64,000 bases of DNA from Paraphysomonas bandaiensis (lineage: Eukaryota > Protista > Chrysophyceae): positions 186,001 through 250,000 of the forward strand of contig CBFFRP010000146.1 of assembly GCA_965644295.1 (NCBI GenBank). Direction: 5' to 3'. Both the position numbers and the translations under genes were made by a program. A model generated the notes under the pieces. That model was not told the origin of the DNA. It made no database searches and saw nothing but the letters and a program-made list of their open reading frames with translations. Shown in pieces: positions 49,501 through 62,869 of the stretch. Within the stretch, counting starts at the first letter, position 1. The number at the start of each line of letters is the position of its first letter.

Positions 49501-52500
49501 AGCTAAAGGAAGCATTACGCATATATCGCAAGACTCATGGAAAGGAACATGCTCAAGTGGCGAGCACGCTTGACATGATTGTGACATCACTGAAGATGTG
49601 CGGAACGTACCGAGAGGCTGAGGAGTTCGCTGTAGACTGCATAGCAGTCAAGAAGTCTGTGTACGGAGAGTCGAGTGCAGCTTTGGGACAAGCTTACTAT
49701 ACTCTTGCATCGCTCTATGATCATCAAAGGAAGGATGAGGAAGCAGTTGTGACCTATCGCACTGCGCTTGAGATACAGCGACGAACATCAACAGCGGATG
49801 ACCCAAGTATCGCCCAGACACTCAATAATATGGCGGCGATACTAGATGACCTCGGGAGAGCAGATGAAGCGGAGCCATGTTACAAAGAAGCCCTGGATAT
49901 TTACAAGCGGGCGTATGGTTCTAATCACCCAGATGTTGCTCTGTCACTGAACAATCTAGCTGCTCTGCTGGATGATAGAGGGTGTTACCACGACGCGCGT
50001 GTACTATACGAGGAAGCTCTTGTAATTACTCGCCGGATCTTTGGGCAAAATACGGCTGAAGTTGCCTCCGCTCTTGTGTGTCTAGCCAGCGTGATGAAAA
50101 GTCTAGAAAGATATGAGGAAGCGGGGCAATATTTTGAGCAAGCGCTCATAGTGAAAACTGAAATCAGTGGTGCAGAGTGTCAAGAGTGTGCTGCACTGCA
50201 TGATCATATTGGCTCTATGTATCAGATCCAAAAAAAATACAAGGAGGCTAAAAATAGCTTTGATCAGTCCCTTGAGATACGCCGTAAAGTATGTGGGACA
50301 AATCATCTGACCGTGGCCGCTTCTCTAGAAAAAATAGGAGCTCTCTACGAGGAGACGAACAAGCTCAACGAGGCTACCGTCATATTGGAGGAGGCAATGA
50401 GAATTCGGGTCGAGCACTATGGGGTTCGCAAATCTGCTGACATTGCCGACTTACTTGTACTTATGGGCAATGTCTCTAAGAAAAAGCGAAAAGCTAATGA
50501 CGCCCTCACGTCTTATGGCGAGGCACTTGCAATCTACAAGGTTTGTAATGGTGCAACTCATGTTACTGTAGCGGACACTTATTGCTGTATCGCTGCCTGC
50601 AAGAGAAATCTTCATAAGTTTGACGAAGCAGTGTCGCTGTTTGAACGCGCTCTTGAAATTCGCAAGCATAACTTCGGCGAAAAGCACTTCAGTGTTGCCC
50701 AAGTCATGAATAGTATAGGTGGAGTATATGAGCGGTTAAAAAGGTTCAGTGATGCATTGCAGATGTTCGAAGGAGCATTGAAGATACAACAAGAGGTGTA
50801 TGGCTTAGAGCACGTGGAGGTTGGTCATAGTATGACTAATGTTGCCATCATGCTGAAGAATTTGAAGCGTGTTGATGAGTCTAGGGTTTACTATGAAAAA
50901 GCATTGGCCACCCGACGTGCTATTTACGGAAACAGCCACGTGGATGTTGCCCAGAGCATGAACAACCTCGCAGCTCTACTGTACATGGATAAGAAATACG
51001 ATGCTGCTCGGAGGCTGTATGAGGAATCCCTGGAGGTTTTAACCGGCCTCTTTGGGCGGGATAACTTGGATGTTGCTCAGGCGCTAAACAACTTGGCCGC
51101 TCTTTTATTCGCACAGAAAAAGTACAAAGAGGCAGAACAGGCTTATGATGAGTCTCTTCAGATCCGGTCGTCACATCTTGGAGATAACCACCTGGATGTT
51201 GCGGCATCTCTTTGCAACATCGGTATCCTGAAGCGCAGCATGCATGAATATGAGGAAGCTGTCAAGTATTTCGAGAAGGCTCTTAATATTCGGCTCTCCG
51301 CATATGGTGACCTGAAACATCCAGATGTAGTCGTGTGTCAGAAGCATTTGTCATACATCGATCAGGTCACTGCCCCTCTAGCTGTGGGGGATGCTGTGGA
51401 ATGCACCCATAAAGCTTCAGGTAAAAAACGACGCGGAGTTATCACTCACATTCATACGAAAGACACCTTCGATGTGAGGTTCGACAAAGTTGAGTATGGC
51501 TCGGAGCATAACCTTCCCAGACATAAGATTGCTGCGCTGAATATTCCTGTCCGCACTTATCAAGAACCCAAAGTAACTAGGCAATCGTCCAGTAATAGGG
51601 GACCTATACCAATCGAGAGTAACCCAGGTGCTATCGGTACTAGCAAGCCTAGTGACAGACGGAGAGTAAAGAGCGGAGAGCAGGTGGACATCGGCACTCT
51701 TGGCGCCAGTGTAGATTCGTCTACTCCAACACAGACCCGATCCCGCCCAAAGGCTAGGAATGTGGTGGGGGGAAAAGCGAAATCCCTAGCTCTATCTCGC
51801 TTGACACGCCCTTCTCCTGGGTCTGCTTCAGTGAGCTCTCTGTCCTCCGATGAGTCAGCATCGGCCAAGTCTCGCGACCAGCCGCTTGCTGCAGGAGTGA
51901 CATCTGTCCAAACTTCCCCTGCTGTGGAGGATGCACCGTTCGCGGCGGCCTCAGCACCCTCTCGCCCTTCTCCTCGTATCATGAAAGTATCCTCTCTGGA
52001 CAAAGCAACTGTTGCAACCCCGAGACTACACTCCCGCTCTTCACGACGTCTGCTTATTGATTGCGGGGGTGTCGATAGCGGCGGAGAGTCCCCTTCACCC
52101 AATGCCCGTATTCTCTCCCGTGGGGTGTCTCGGGTAGCCAGTAGGAACATGCTAGTGCGACAGCAATCGAGTCTCTGCGCAGCAGAGGAGGCCAAATCTA
52201 CACCGTATAGGGACTCTGTGAGCTCTGCAGGTTTTAGAATGTCCAGCAAGTCCTTCTTGTATAAGAAGAACCTGAGTTCTGTTGAGATGGGTGTAGATGT
52301 CGACAGCAGCGATGGTGAAGACGACATTTTTTCCCGTGAAAGTAGTGCTGTGGCCTCTTCCCTAGCGGCGGAGAGACGTATGAAATCACAGACAATGCGT
52401 GCGCGGGAACAGAACTCGAAACACAAGCGTGTGGATCCAAAGGCACGGATCAAGAATGGTGGCTCGTCAGGAAGTCGCTCCTCACTGCCGTCTCTTACCA

Positions 52501-52538
52501 GGGGATCGGCATCGCGAAGAAATGTCATGGGCTTATAG
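43537..52538 (+). CDS. Giant (~2981 aa) SAM-like / P-loop NTPase / TPR protein (STAND/NLR-like); single intron 47926-47981
   Basis: Two ORFs joined in frame by a GT..GCTAAC..AG intron (FDK|ALNM). Walker A GEESVGKST, Walker B VVVFDN, roughly 40 KLC-type 42-aa TPRs (HPDVAxSLNNLAxL), Tudor/SH3-like LAVGDAVEC...TFDVRFD, Ser-rich tail. Confidence 0.9.
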
Positions 52539-54149
52539 TATACATATCTAGCTAGGTAGTTCTATTGACGAAGTTGTCAACGTCTATTGCAAAGTATATA
52601 GCTAATTTGCAAAGGGTGTAGAAAGCGGCGTTGCATGACACATTGTCCACGTGGTTTTGTGTTCAAATTTTCTGCTTTATTAATTAAAGTATGCTTTTAT
52701 AATGGAAAATAATGGCTATAATATTTCTAAATAATGCCAAGCTACTTAGTCCTGTCGGGCGTGAAATATGCAAGTTCTAATGCTTTCCAACATATACAAT
52801 ATACACTATACACGATGTTCGAAAGTCAAAGTGCGGTCACGAGTAAACGATACAACAAAACACACCACACACCGATTAACTCCTCTTCTGTCCAGAAATT
52901 ATTCTTTATAGAATCTGATAAACTCCATTGATGAGAAATTGGTATATATATAGTATATAGAAATCGCAGCTTCCATGGTCCATGGATACATGAACTAGTC
53001 CTGTTTTTGTCGAACCTAGTGATGCATCATATCGATGATTATTTGCTAGTGCTTGACATTCACTAAAGCACTTCATACCTTTGGTATCAATATTTATTAT
53101 ATGATTATAAACGTGTAAAGTGTCTTGAATGATACCATTGAACGAAACAAATTATACTTGCCCGCCTCAACCAAAAGCCCTTTGCCACCAGCTTGCGTAT
53201 AGGTAGAATTAAATTAAAGTATGATAGCATTCAAACAAATACCCCCCGGTGGCTTGACAGAATCATGTAAGCACACACCCAACACTTAAATTGACTTGTG
53301 CTTCAGAGGTGCACACAACTCATACAACCACAGCCCTTCCTTTGCCAGTTTCATGCAAACGACAAATACATCTCCTGGGCTTCTACAATCTAATCAGTGA
53401 ATTATTACATAGTATATAGTATAATATAGTACAATATTTTGCTACTGTAACAACTGTTAAAATATAAAAGCTTCTCTTCTCTATCACGACCTATCCCTTC
53501 AGGAATACTTCTGAAATTCAAGGAGATATCATCAGAGTAGAGTTCGTTAAAAGTGAAGTTGGCAGTGAATATTAAAACAGACTGGGTTGGAATGCGATGA
53601 TGTCAATATGTACGGTAATAAATATTTAATCTTCATAATAGTAAGAAGAACGTTGTGATTAGAAAGCAAAAGTGATGAGGAATGAACACAGAACACAGCA
53701 ATGTGAAAAATGATGTAGAACGTGATTATCACTTGCAACTAGATATGTAACTGACAATGACGATCATGAATCCTCAAAAGATACTATCATTAATACTATA
53801 TTTTTCAGTGAACAATACAATTCGCATATACTATCGTATATTAAGATGGATCATTATACGATATAGGTAACCATTGGCTCTTAAGTATAATTAGACCTGG
53901 ATTAATTTATGGATATTATATAAATAACTAATAGCGAAGGCACCATTTTACTAATGTCTTTTAAACTCTGCAGATATTGAGTATAAATGTACTTCTTCAA
54001 ACTCTTTTTTTCAGCATTCGAACCACCATGATTTCACAGCTATGAGTGCCAGGCAACGAGATATTCTAGTTTATATGTCATTCATATTGTTATCTATTAT
54101 TAACATATTAGCTATGCATACGACAAGTATGATCTAAGTGACATGTATA

Positions 54150-54629
54150 TCAAAGTTCACGAAGTGTTCTGGCCGCTTTATCACTATTTGCTTCAGAGTG
54201 TTTTGCTAAAACCCATTTCTCAGCAGAATTACAAAGTTCAACCAGTTCTATATTAAAAATAGCTGCAACTCTCTTCGCCTCCCGCAAAACGCGATTCGAT
54301 TTTTTTTTACAACCAAGTAAAGACAAATTCGTAAATTGGTATATTTTAGCTCGGACGATAATACTCGTCGAGCCCAGCTGCAGGCCAATCAACTCCTGTC
54401 GATATGCTAGAGCAAGGGCCTCTTTCGGATGATTGCATAAGTGATATGCTCCACCCAGTGTGGCTAAATATGCTAATTGATATTGATAATTAAGTGCTTT
54501 TTTTTGCAGTTTGAGTAATTTTTCCATCCATGAATAGTCAGGCTGAGCGATAACACTCACACAGGAGCTCTTCTCTGATGATGAGATGTCTTCACTACCC
54601 TCATGTGTTAGTTTCTTCATTATAATCAT
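54150..54629 (-). CDS. DUF4807-like hypothetical protein
   Basis: YLATLGGAY...RQELIGLQLG...RAKIY resembles the LSTLGGA..Q..LA..LG...RC.LY pattern; recalled from memory, unverified. Confidence 0.5.
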   Translation of the reverse strand: MIIMKKLTHEGSEDISSSEKSSCVSVIAQPDYSWMEKLLKLQKKALNYQYQLAYLATLGGAYHLCNHPKEALALAYRQELIGLQLGSTSIIVRAKIYQFTNLSLLGCKKKSNRVLREAKRVAAIFNIELVELCNSAEKWVLAKHSEANSDKAARTLREL

Positions 54630-55190
54630 GGAGAAGTTATTCGGTTAAGTGCATTGATGACTCTGTGTGATAATATGCATACAGTGAGATGGACTGACAG
54701 ACAGACAGACAGACAGGCGAGTGTAGTAACGCCCTCCACATACACATACATACACATACATACCATACACACTCATACCATACACACCACACTGATAGCA
54801 CTACGTACCATACATACGTATAGGCCTACACGCACCATCTACTCCATACGGTCCCATTGTTCGAATACGGAATACACGTACAGAAAAAAACGAAAGTGTC
54901 GAATATTCCAGAAAACTCATACACTCTTTTATGCGTATACATTGTATTCTCTGTATACGATATTATGCTGTATTCTACTTTATACCACAGTATTCCACAC
55001 TTCAATTACAATGAGTGTTTAGCCAATAATATGATCGAAATCTTGAATAATGAGGTTTTATTCGTTGATCATATCATATATGTAGTTACTATGAAGCGAG
55101 AGATTTCATACATTACCCACACATCATCTTAGAGTCATTATCTCCACCTCTGGGCACTTATTAACACTTATCATCTCATAGATCACTTTA

Positions 55191-57476
55191 ATGGTAGATA
55201 AGATACCTCTTGTATCTCTGTTTGGGAAATCAGAGGCCTGTAGCGTTAAGGTAAGCCCCGGGGGTCGGTGGATGGGTTGGTTAGGTCGAGCTAACGGTGC
55301 TCTGAATATATGGATTGCACCTCTTCCTCTACCTGAACACACTGATGGGAATGAACAAGACCATACCTCGAAATCTATTCCAGGTGCTGTACAGCTGACA
55401 TGCAGTAGTGATCGTGATGTGTGCACATACTACACCTTTACGCATGATGACAAGCGTATTATTTATTTACAAGAGACCTCTCATGGATCAGAATTATATC
55501 ATCCATTTCTTTTGGATCTTCCTCAGAATTCATGCGATTCAAGTACTTTTCCTGTAGCATCAGGAGTGGATCTTTTACGAAAGTACCCGGAATTAACATG
55601 TGCTATTGGCTTCGTTGGAGGCCTACAGCTGTGGCTACCCCACGCTAACAATGACGTTGTTATTCTTGCTACTGGACGCGGGTCATTATTCTGGGATTTA
55701 TGTGAACTAAACCTTACCTCTCACGAATTACTGGTTTTACGTAGAAATCCTATAAATTCTGTGTTTGGTATTGTATGCGTAGTTATGACACTACTTAAGC
55801 ACATAGCGATTGTATGTCTGTCTTTCATGTTGAGAGTGCTTACATCTGAATATATTTGCATGGAAGTGAATAAAATTGCCTCAGCACCATCATTTCCTCT
55901 TCAATACTTTATACACCCGATTTCTGGAGATATTATAGGACATGCAGAGTGTTGCATTTCCGTGGATGGTATTTCCCTACAATTTACACACCGATCAGAT
56001 CGAAGCCGCAGCAATCCCGATGTGTACATTTCTACCTGTCACGCGATCCCATTAAAGAATTTGAACATGCAGTTAGTTGGGTCTGGTGGCGCTACGGGAA
56101 CGCTGTATATGGAGGAGACTGATGACGGAGGCGTAATAGTACATACTTGCGCTGTTACCGACACAACATCTCTAATTAAGTATCCTGGTGAAGAGGTAGT
56201 ATTTCATGATGCAAGAGCAGATATTAGTCAGTTTCTTATTCATCCACGCAGTGGAAAAGTAGACGCGTGTTACGTGATTTCAGAACGAACAGACATCGTT
56301 CCCATTTCTGAATCAGGCAAAGCAGTATGTAAGAGCTTAGCACTTTTTTCTTCTCACACGAAATCTACACAAGAAAGTGTTTCGCTGGTGTCGCGCTCCC
56401 ACGAAGATGATATTTGGGTTGTGTTGGTGGCATCTGATAGAAATGCCGGTTTGTATTATCTGGTTCAGAATCCGTTATCCAGAAAAGTGGATGAGTGCAC
56501 AGCGCCAAGTAACTCACTCTGTAGTATCCGCTGCCTGTTTTCATCGCGTCCAGTGTTATTGACATTCCCCTTGGTAGACACGCAATCTGTAGTAATACCC
56601 TCTAGAGATGGGCTTTCTTTACCAGGTTACTTGACTTTTCCTTGTGGTACGAAGGCGGAATCTGTGTGTATTCCCCAGCCAACTGCACTTCACCTTCCCC
56701 TCGTGATTGTGCTTCACGGCGGACCCTCCGCAAGGGATTATGATGGATACAACCCTGCAGTCCAATTGCTGACGTCTCGTGGTATGGCGGTACTGTCTGT
56801 AAACTACAGAGGTTCCACAGGATATGGCATGAACTATATGAAGCTCGGGAACGGTAATGTAGATAAAATGCATGATGATGTTGAAGATGCTCGTATATGG
56901 GCCATCTCGAACCGAATTGCGGATCCTGATCGTATAGCAATATTAGGTGCATCTTGGGGTGGTTATTTAGCTCTTGGAGGAGTTACTGGTATCTCTTCGT
57001 CTACTGAGGCCTCTCCAAATAGCAGATATGCCGCGGTAGTGGCAATCGTTCCTCTAGTATCTGTTGGTGCAGCTAACACTTCGAAATCATTCCGTGGCGA
57101 TCCTCTTGTAGCGCGCTATTGGAAGCAAATTTATGGCCCTGTTATTGCTACCAGTGTCAAAGAGGCAAAAACATTATCCCCATTGTTCCAGATGCACAAG
57201 CTCACTTGTAATAACGTTCTCCTTATTCATGGAGAAAATGATCCGAGAGTACCTCAACAGCAAGTTGATGCCATAGCTAATGCTGCTTTGGAAAGAGGCG
57301 CGAATATAATTTATATGACATACTCAAATGAGGGTCATTCAATCAGAAAAGAGCCAAATGTAATACATATGTGGCACTCCATAGAACGTTTTTTATGTGA
57401 GTGCTTAAAGCTGACCGCGCCGCCTGAAGTAAATGATGCTGACACCAAAAATCACACGGCGTCGTTAAAAGTATGA
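55191..57476 (+). CDS. S9 family serine peptidase (acylaminoacyl/dipeptidyl aminopeptidase-like)
   Basis: VSPGGRWMGWL propeller start, SRDGLSLPGYL, LHGGP, NYRGSTGYG, nucleophile GASWGG, HGENDPRV, NEGH. Confidence 0.93.
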   Translation: MVDKIPLVSLFGKSEACSVKVSPGGRWMGWLGRANGALNIWIAPLPLPEHTDGNEQDHTSKSIPGAVQLTCSSDRDVCTYYTFTHDDKRIIYLQETSHGSELYHPFLLDLPQNSCDSSTFPVASGVDLLRKYPELTCAIGFVGGLQLWLPHANNDVVILATGRGSLFWDLCELNLTSHELLVLRRNPINSVFGIVCVVMTLLKHIAIVCLSFMLRVLTSEYICMEVNKIASAPSFPLQYFIHPISGDIIGHAECCISVDGISLQFTHRSDRSRSNPDVYISTCHAIPLKNLNMQLVGSGGATGTLYMEETDDGGVIVHTCAVTDTTSLIKYPGEEVVFHDARADISQFLIHPRSGKVDACYVISERTDIVPISESGKAVCKSLALFSSHTKSTQESVSLVSRSHEDDIWVVLVASDRNAGLYYLVQNPLSRKVDECTAPSNSLCSIRCLFSSRPVLLTFPLVDTQSVVIPSRDGLSLPGYLTFPCGTKAESVCIPQPTALHLPLVIVLHGGPSARDYDGYNPAVQLLTSRGMAVLSVNYRGSTGYGMNYMKLGNGNVDKMHDDVEDARIWAISNRIADPDRIAILGASWGGYLALGGVTGISSSTEASPNSRYAAVVAIVPLVSVGAANTSKSFRGDPLVARYWKQIYGPVIATSVKEAKTLSPLFQMHKLTCNNVLLIHGENDPRVPQQQVDAIANAALERGANIIYMTYSNEGHSIRKEPNVIHMWHSIERFLCECLKLTAPPEVNDADTKNHTASLKV

Positions 57477-57804
57477 GTGTTATCAGCATACTGTTGCTAG
57501 TCGCGTGATTCATATCTTTGAGTATTTAATAAACAAAATATTTTGATATGATATTCTGAATATATATTCGATTTTTTATTCTCGTTATCTCTAGGTTACA
57601 GATACCAGATACTGTGGGCATTACTGATATGCGGCTTTCTTATTTTACGTAAATATTTTAAATTCATTGTGTTATATTATATCACGTAAAAGAAGTGAAA
57701 CAACAAATCCTAATTGTATAGCATTCACATTCTTGAAGTTAATAATCACACACAAATAAACAATCTACAAAGTCATGGTACTATTCCTACACTGAATCTG
57801 TTGT

Positions 57805-60800
57805 TTACGATATCGGAATACCCAGTGCAGATGTAGAAAAAAGAGCACGGTTTAGAGTCTTTAGCTTTGTCTTCCTGGACTTGTGAACATTATGCTGTAG
57901 ATTCTTAATTGCTCGTAGCATGGCGAATTTTTGTGAATGTATGTTCATCAAGCGAACTCTGTGAATTTCTGCCCACTGTGCGCACACTCGACTGTCCAGT
58001 ACGTGAAATACTTGCGTTATCCTCCTTCTTAAATTAAACTGAAGAATTTTCTTTCTGACGTACCGGCGACGTCGACACTCTACTGCATTGTTTAGCAGAG
58101 CATTGATGCCAACACGCAGCTTGTACTTCATCTGCCACCTGTCAATAGCATACATATGGCGATGACAACGCTTCAACTTCTGTACATGGTATCGAAGAAA
58201 TGCCATAGCAAAGAGCAGAGAGGACTTGCGATGATACTCGCGCGCCCTTTGGTTAGCTGCCATACTCCTTTCTTCTATGTAACCCCTCCGTCGAATAGCT
58301 GTGCAAATACACTCAAAGCTAAATCTCTGAGCCCTAAACTGACACTTCCGCTGTACTTTACTAGAGTAGACGTTGGCTCGAAGCCGAAAGAGACCACGTT
58401 TCTTGAAAAATACAAGTTGACGTTGGAAAAAGTCTGTCAGTAGGTTCACCTTGAAGTCATAGTCCTTAACTTTCCATGCCACAAATATCTTCATCTGTCG
58501 CAAGGTTCGCAACTTCTTAGTGCGTTCCTTCTGAAGTAGGTACCCCTCTAAATTTCGTTCGACGATGGTATCGACCTTCCATTCCCTAATAATATGAGAC
58601 AATTCCTTCTGCACTCGTAGCTTCAAGTTGGAAAATATGAGATGGATAAACTTCCGCCCCAAGGTGGCGTTTCGATAAGTACTCTTAATGTGGTCGAAGA
58701 AACGCCGCTTTCGCAACAACAACACCTGCTTGTATACCTTGCACATGAGGGTGTGATACTTAAAGAACGATAGTCCACGGCGTCGCATGATTCGCTTCCA
58801 GGCACCATACAAGACATCACCGGTCCGATGCAAAGCCAAGCGTTCGTATATTCTCCTCTCAAACAGTTTAAAGGCTCTGTGTAATATCCTTCTCTTATAG
58901 TATTGTGATCCTAACTCTCCACTCTGAAGGACCCTATATCGCACAGTCCAGCGGTATAGGTACGTAGCTATCATTCTGGTAGTATGTTTGCTGTGCGAGT
59001 TGAGGAGCAGAATACGCTGTGAGAGTGGAGACAAAGAGGCTTTACCAGTGTCCGGTCGTAATGTTCCAAAAACCGCATTGTAAGCACTTCTCCTGTACAT
59101 CACGCTCCCTCTGTTGTGATCACATATTAAACGTCTAACGCGTGACTTCCAGCTCTTTATTGCTCTCTTACGACATTGAAAAGTATAGTGTGACATCGCC
59201 GACCGCTTTAGTCGTTCTCTATGAGAGATGCTTCCGAGAGTTTTAAAAAACAGACTCAAACTGCGTCGCTGGTAATGCGACACGATAAAACGAATGACTT
59301 CTCTATTTCGAGCGCGGCATAGATAACCGTTTCGTAAATTGACGAGTGCTCGCTTCAGTAGCGTTCTCCTGTGCATTGTATCGCATGTATGTACCCTGAA
59401 CGACACCATTCTCCTGTACTCAAGATATCGCACTAAGCGTGGAAACCATAGGCTCTTAAGACGTATCGTCAAAGAACTTTTTCTCTTTTCTCTGTTTCTT
59501 ATTCTGAAGGAAACTGCATTACTCCATCTACGCAAGCAGGACGCTTCATCATGACAGGTCTTGTGATCAATTGCATACTCCACAAGAAGCCGTCCACTGG
59601 TTCTGATGTCTTTGTACCGGAGTAAGCGGTCAGTGAAGTATAGTCTGCAAAGTCGCCTCTCACGATATGCAGTGCTGTAGTTCCGAGATGCACGCTCATG
59701 CACGCTGCAGTCACGAAGGTACTGAATGCTTCTAAAAACGGACTGCTTCAACAATGAGTTCCTACACCTCTGGGCGTGTTCGCTCATCGCTTCACTCGTC
59801 TTGTATAAATCAACAAACACCATAAACACAGACCGCTTAACTCGCACGCAGTGTCTATCGTAGCCAGTATGAAAAGCGACCTGCAGCAGTTTTCTGCGCT
59901 TGAACCATGCAAGCCATTCGGTCCAACCACGCTCCAATCTCAGCGTACTGTAGTGGAGGTATACAACCGCAGAGTAAGACCTATCTATGCGAGATCGAGT
60001 CCTGATGCTCGTTTCAATTATGTCAGCGATTCGATCTGAGTGTTGAATATCAGGTGACAAATTTTCGACGAGGTCATTCATTCTAGATATGTAACTTTGC
60101 TTGTTGACGTACTTTTTCCATAACATTATTCCAATACGCATTCTACGACGAGCGACATGTCGATCACTTCTTGCATAAGATAAGGATCTAATGCTATGTA
60201 TTTCATCGCTGTGCCTTTTTCTATTCCAGACGGCTTTGTTTCTGCCGCGCATAATCTCTATTCCTACAACACCACAGTGTCGTCTAATCCAGACGCGCAA
60301 TTTAATTCCCTTCAGTTTTGTTCTAAACTCCGATAATTTAATGTGCACCATATCACATCTATTCCGCTTAGCTCTAACTCTACCTCGCCACTTCCGAAAC
60401 CACAACCGTTGCACTGAGCTCCTTAGATGCTCATCTGCGCGGTTATTTCTACGTGAAAGAGCGGCTAGATTATTACTCCTAATATATAGTCTGCTTAAGG
60501 CCCAAATCTTTCTTCGGGAGTGATGCTGCATGGTAGCCGTGTAACCGGCAACTCTAGTGCCCACACTGGTGTTCATATGAGTTTTCAAGACGCCCAGATA
60601 TCGAGTTAAGCTCATCCTCCGGAATAGCAAAGTTGCATATTTCGTTGCTGCTCGCTCCATTGACACTGCTCGTTGGCAAGCTACATGCCTAAACATTTCT
60701 ATTGCATGTTTAATTCTCACCACTCTGAGCCGTCTGTCCACGCGAAGCCATGACCCCCGCTCCTCTTTGCGATACTTAACAAAATTCTTCCAACACTGCA

Positions 60801-62869
60801 CCATACAACTCATTCTTTCACGAATGAAATAGGTTTCTGCTTTGTGTATACCGAGCGATGCACAGTACAAGCTCGAGGAATCGCACAAGCTTCTTGGATC
60901 CAACTGTTCTGTGTATGCCCTGGACTCTAATCGCCCATTCGGCAAGTGCCGCTGGTTGACTGTTGCTATGTGCTGCCTCCTTAAACATACTCTCGCCAGA
61001 AGAATGCACAGTACCTCTCTACTGCGCTTTCTACGGAAATGGTTAACACTCTCTATCATCTGCCTTTTCTTGTCGCAGTGCTTAGTGGTCAGGCCTCTCC
61101 ATATGATGACAGCGCGCTTCTGAGCGGATATTTCAAAATGACTAAAACCCTCATTATACTGTACAGTATGTCGTTCAGAGCGCTGATGGTATGAAAACCA
61201 GCGTGACATCCCATCGACCAATAGTTTCTCAGTCCTAAATACTTTGTATCGCGCTCGAGAGTGAAACTGGCGGCGAGATACCTCTCGCCATCTCGAGAAG
61301 TGCGGCTTGACGACACGCACAGCAAAGTGATTCCATGCACGCAAATAGTTTTCGTAAGAAGTACTACGACTAGAACGTCTGAGCGAGACATTTACAAGTA
61401 GGCTTTTGATCGCTTTTAATGCCATACCATTCCATTTCAAGTCCTCAGACTTTCGATGGAGCTGTTTTTGACGGCATAGCTCGCGCAGATTCTCACGCCA
61501 TATCATAACATAGCGACCTAGTCCCAGTCCTCTCCCCACTACACTGCAACTTTTAACTCCTCTACGACCTGCAGCGTGCCTGGATTTCTGCCGTTGCAAA
61601 GCCGCGGCATAAATCCTTTTCTGCAGAAAAATACAGTTTCGAAAATTCTGCCATAACGACAGCGATCGACGGAGTGTTGCCCGGTAACAATGCTTACGAG
61701 CCTGGCGATAGTATCGATTCATATGACGCTGAGCTACAGTCCGCCACCTACATGAAAACAATCTCGTTAGTAAAGAGTAAGTGAATCACCAATTACAAGA
61801 TATAATCCAGCAAAAGAGATGTACTATCATTGCATTGCACATACCGGTGTAAACAGAGACTAGCAAAACTTAATCTGCCAATTCTATTCTTCCTTCGACT
61901 TAAGCGCCTTGACTTAGCTACCTGACACATTCTTCTTACAGCAACGGTCAAACTAAATGTCACTCTAAAGTATTTCGCTTGAGACATACATATACCAGAG
62001 AAAAATCTGAGCTGGACAAGTCTTTCGTAGAACTGTCTCATTACAGCACGATCCTTGGACCTCAATACCTCTTGAACCTCATTTGTAATTTTGACTACCT
62101 TACGATGACGCTTCACACTAAAAAATAGAACATTTAATACCCGTCTATATCGTTTTTTTGCATAACGCTCCTCTCCACACAACTCATGTGCCATCTGTTC
62201 GCATTTGCTCTTCAGGCGTGAGAAAAAAGCATTCTTCCAGCACCGCCACCTGATTCTATTTTCTGTGTAATATTCACTCACTATACACGCCCTCCGCCTT
62301 AACACAGAAAGTTCGAAAAGACGTCTAAATGCAGATTGGCAGCGTCCTTTCATGTATCGTTCATCGTGAATGCTCTCCAAGTGTTTACTCGAGCAAGTTT
62401 GAATAGCACGCTGCAAAAATACACCCAAGGCCTTTCGAAGAGCATGTTTCCGTGCTTTCTCCATATTATGTAGACAATTAAACTTACGGATGATTCGATG
62501 TCGCCATTGTATAATATATTGAATGATAGCTCGCTTGCGCCTGAAGCGTATGATTGCTTCCTGCTGGTGGTGCTTCCTCATTCGAACTAGTGCCTGTTGT
62601 GAAGGTACCAATGATTTCGAATTACTTGGAATTCCATGATAGACACTTAGATTCGTGTCATCATTAAGAGAGTCTAAGTCATGCACCATCTCCCACACAG
62701 CCTGACTTCTATTTTCCAGTTCTTTTTTTTTGGTTTGCAACCACTTTGTATTAATATCTTTACTCTTCGAGTGCTCCTCACTCTGTCGTCTGCCATTTAT
62801 ATCAACATATACACGACTGTGTGTATTAGATGATAGATGTGAGGCAATATCCAGTGATGCCCCTGCACC
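57805..62869 (-). CDS. Sfi1-like Arg/Trp-rich repeat protein (putative centrin-binding); 5' end unresolved
   Basis: Two long basic helical ORFs joined by a GT-AG intron (LHR|WRTV); recurring A..H....L....F..W pattern; frame open upstream to an acceptor near 62870. Confidence 0.65.

Noticed and set aside
51560-52528. 322-aa antisense ORF (also 26045-26650, 32357-32941 and similar)
   Set aside because: Shadow ORFs opposite well-supported genes, with no independent motifs.
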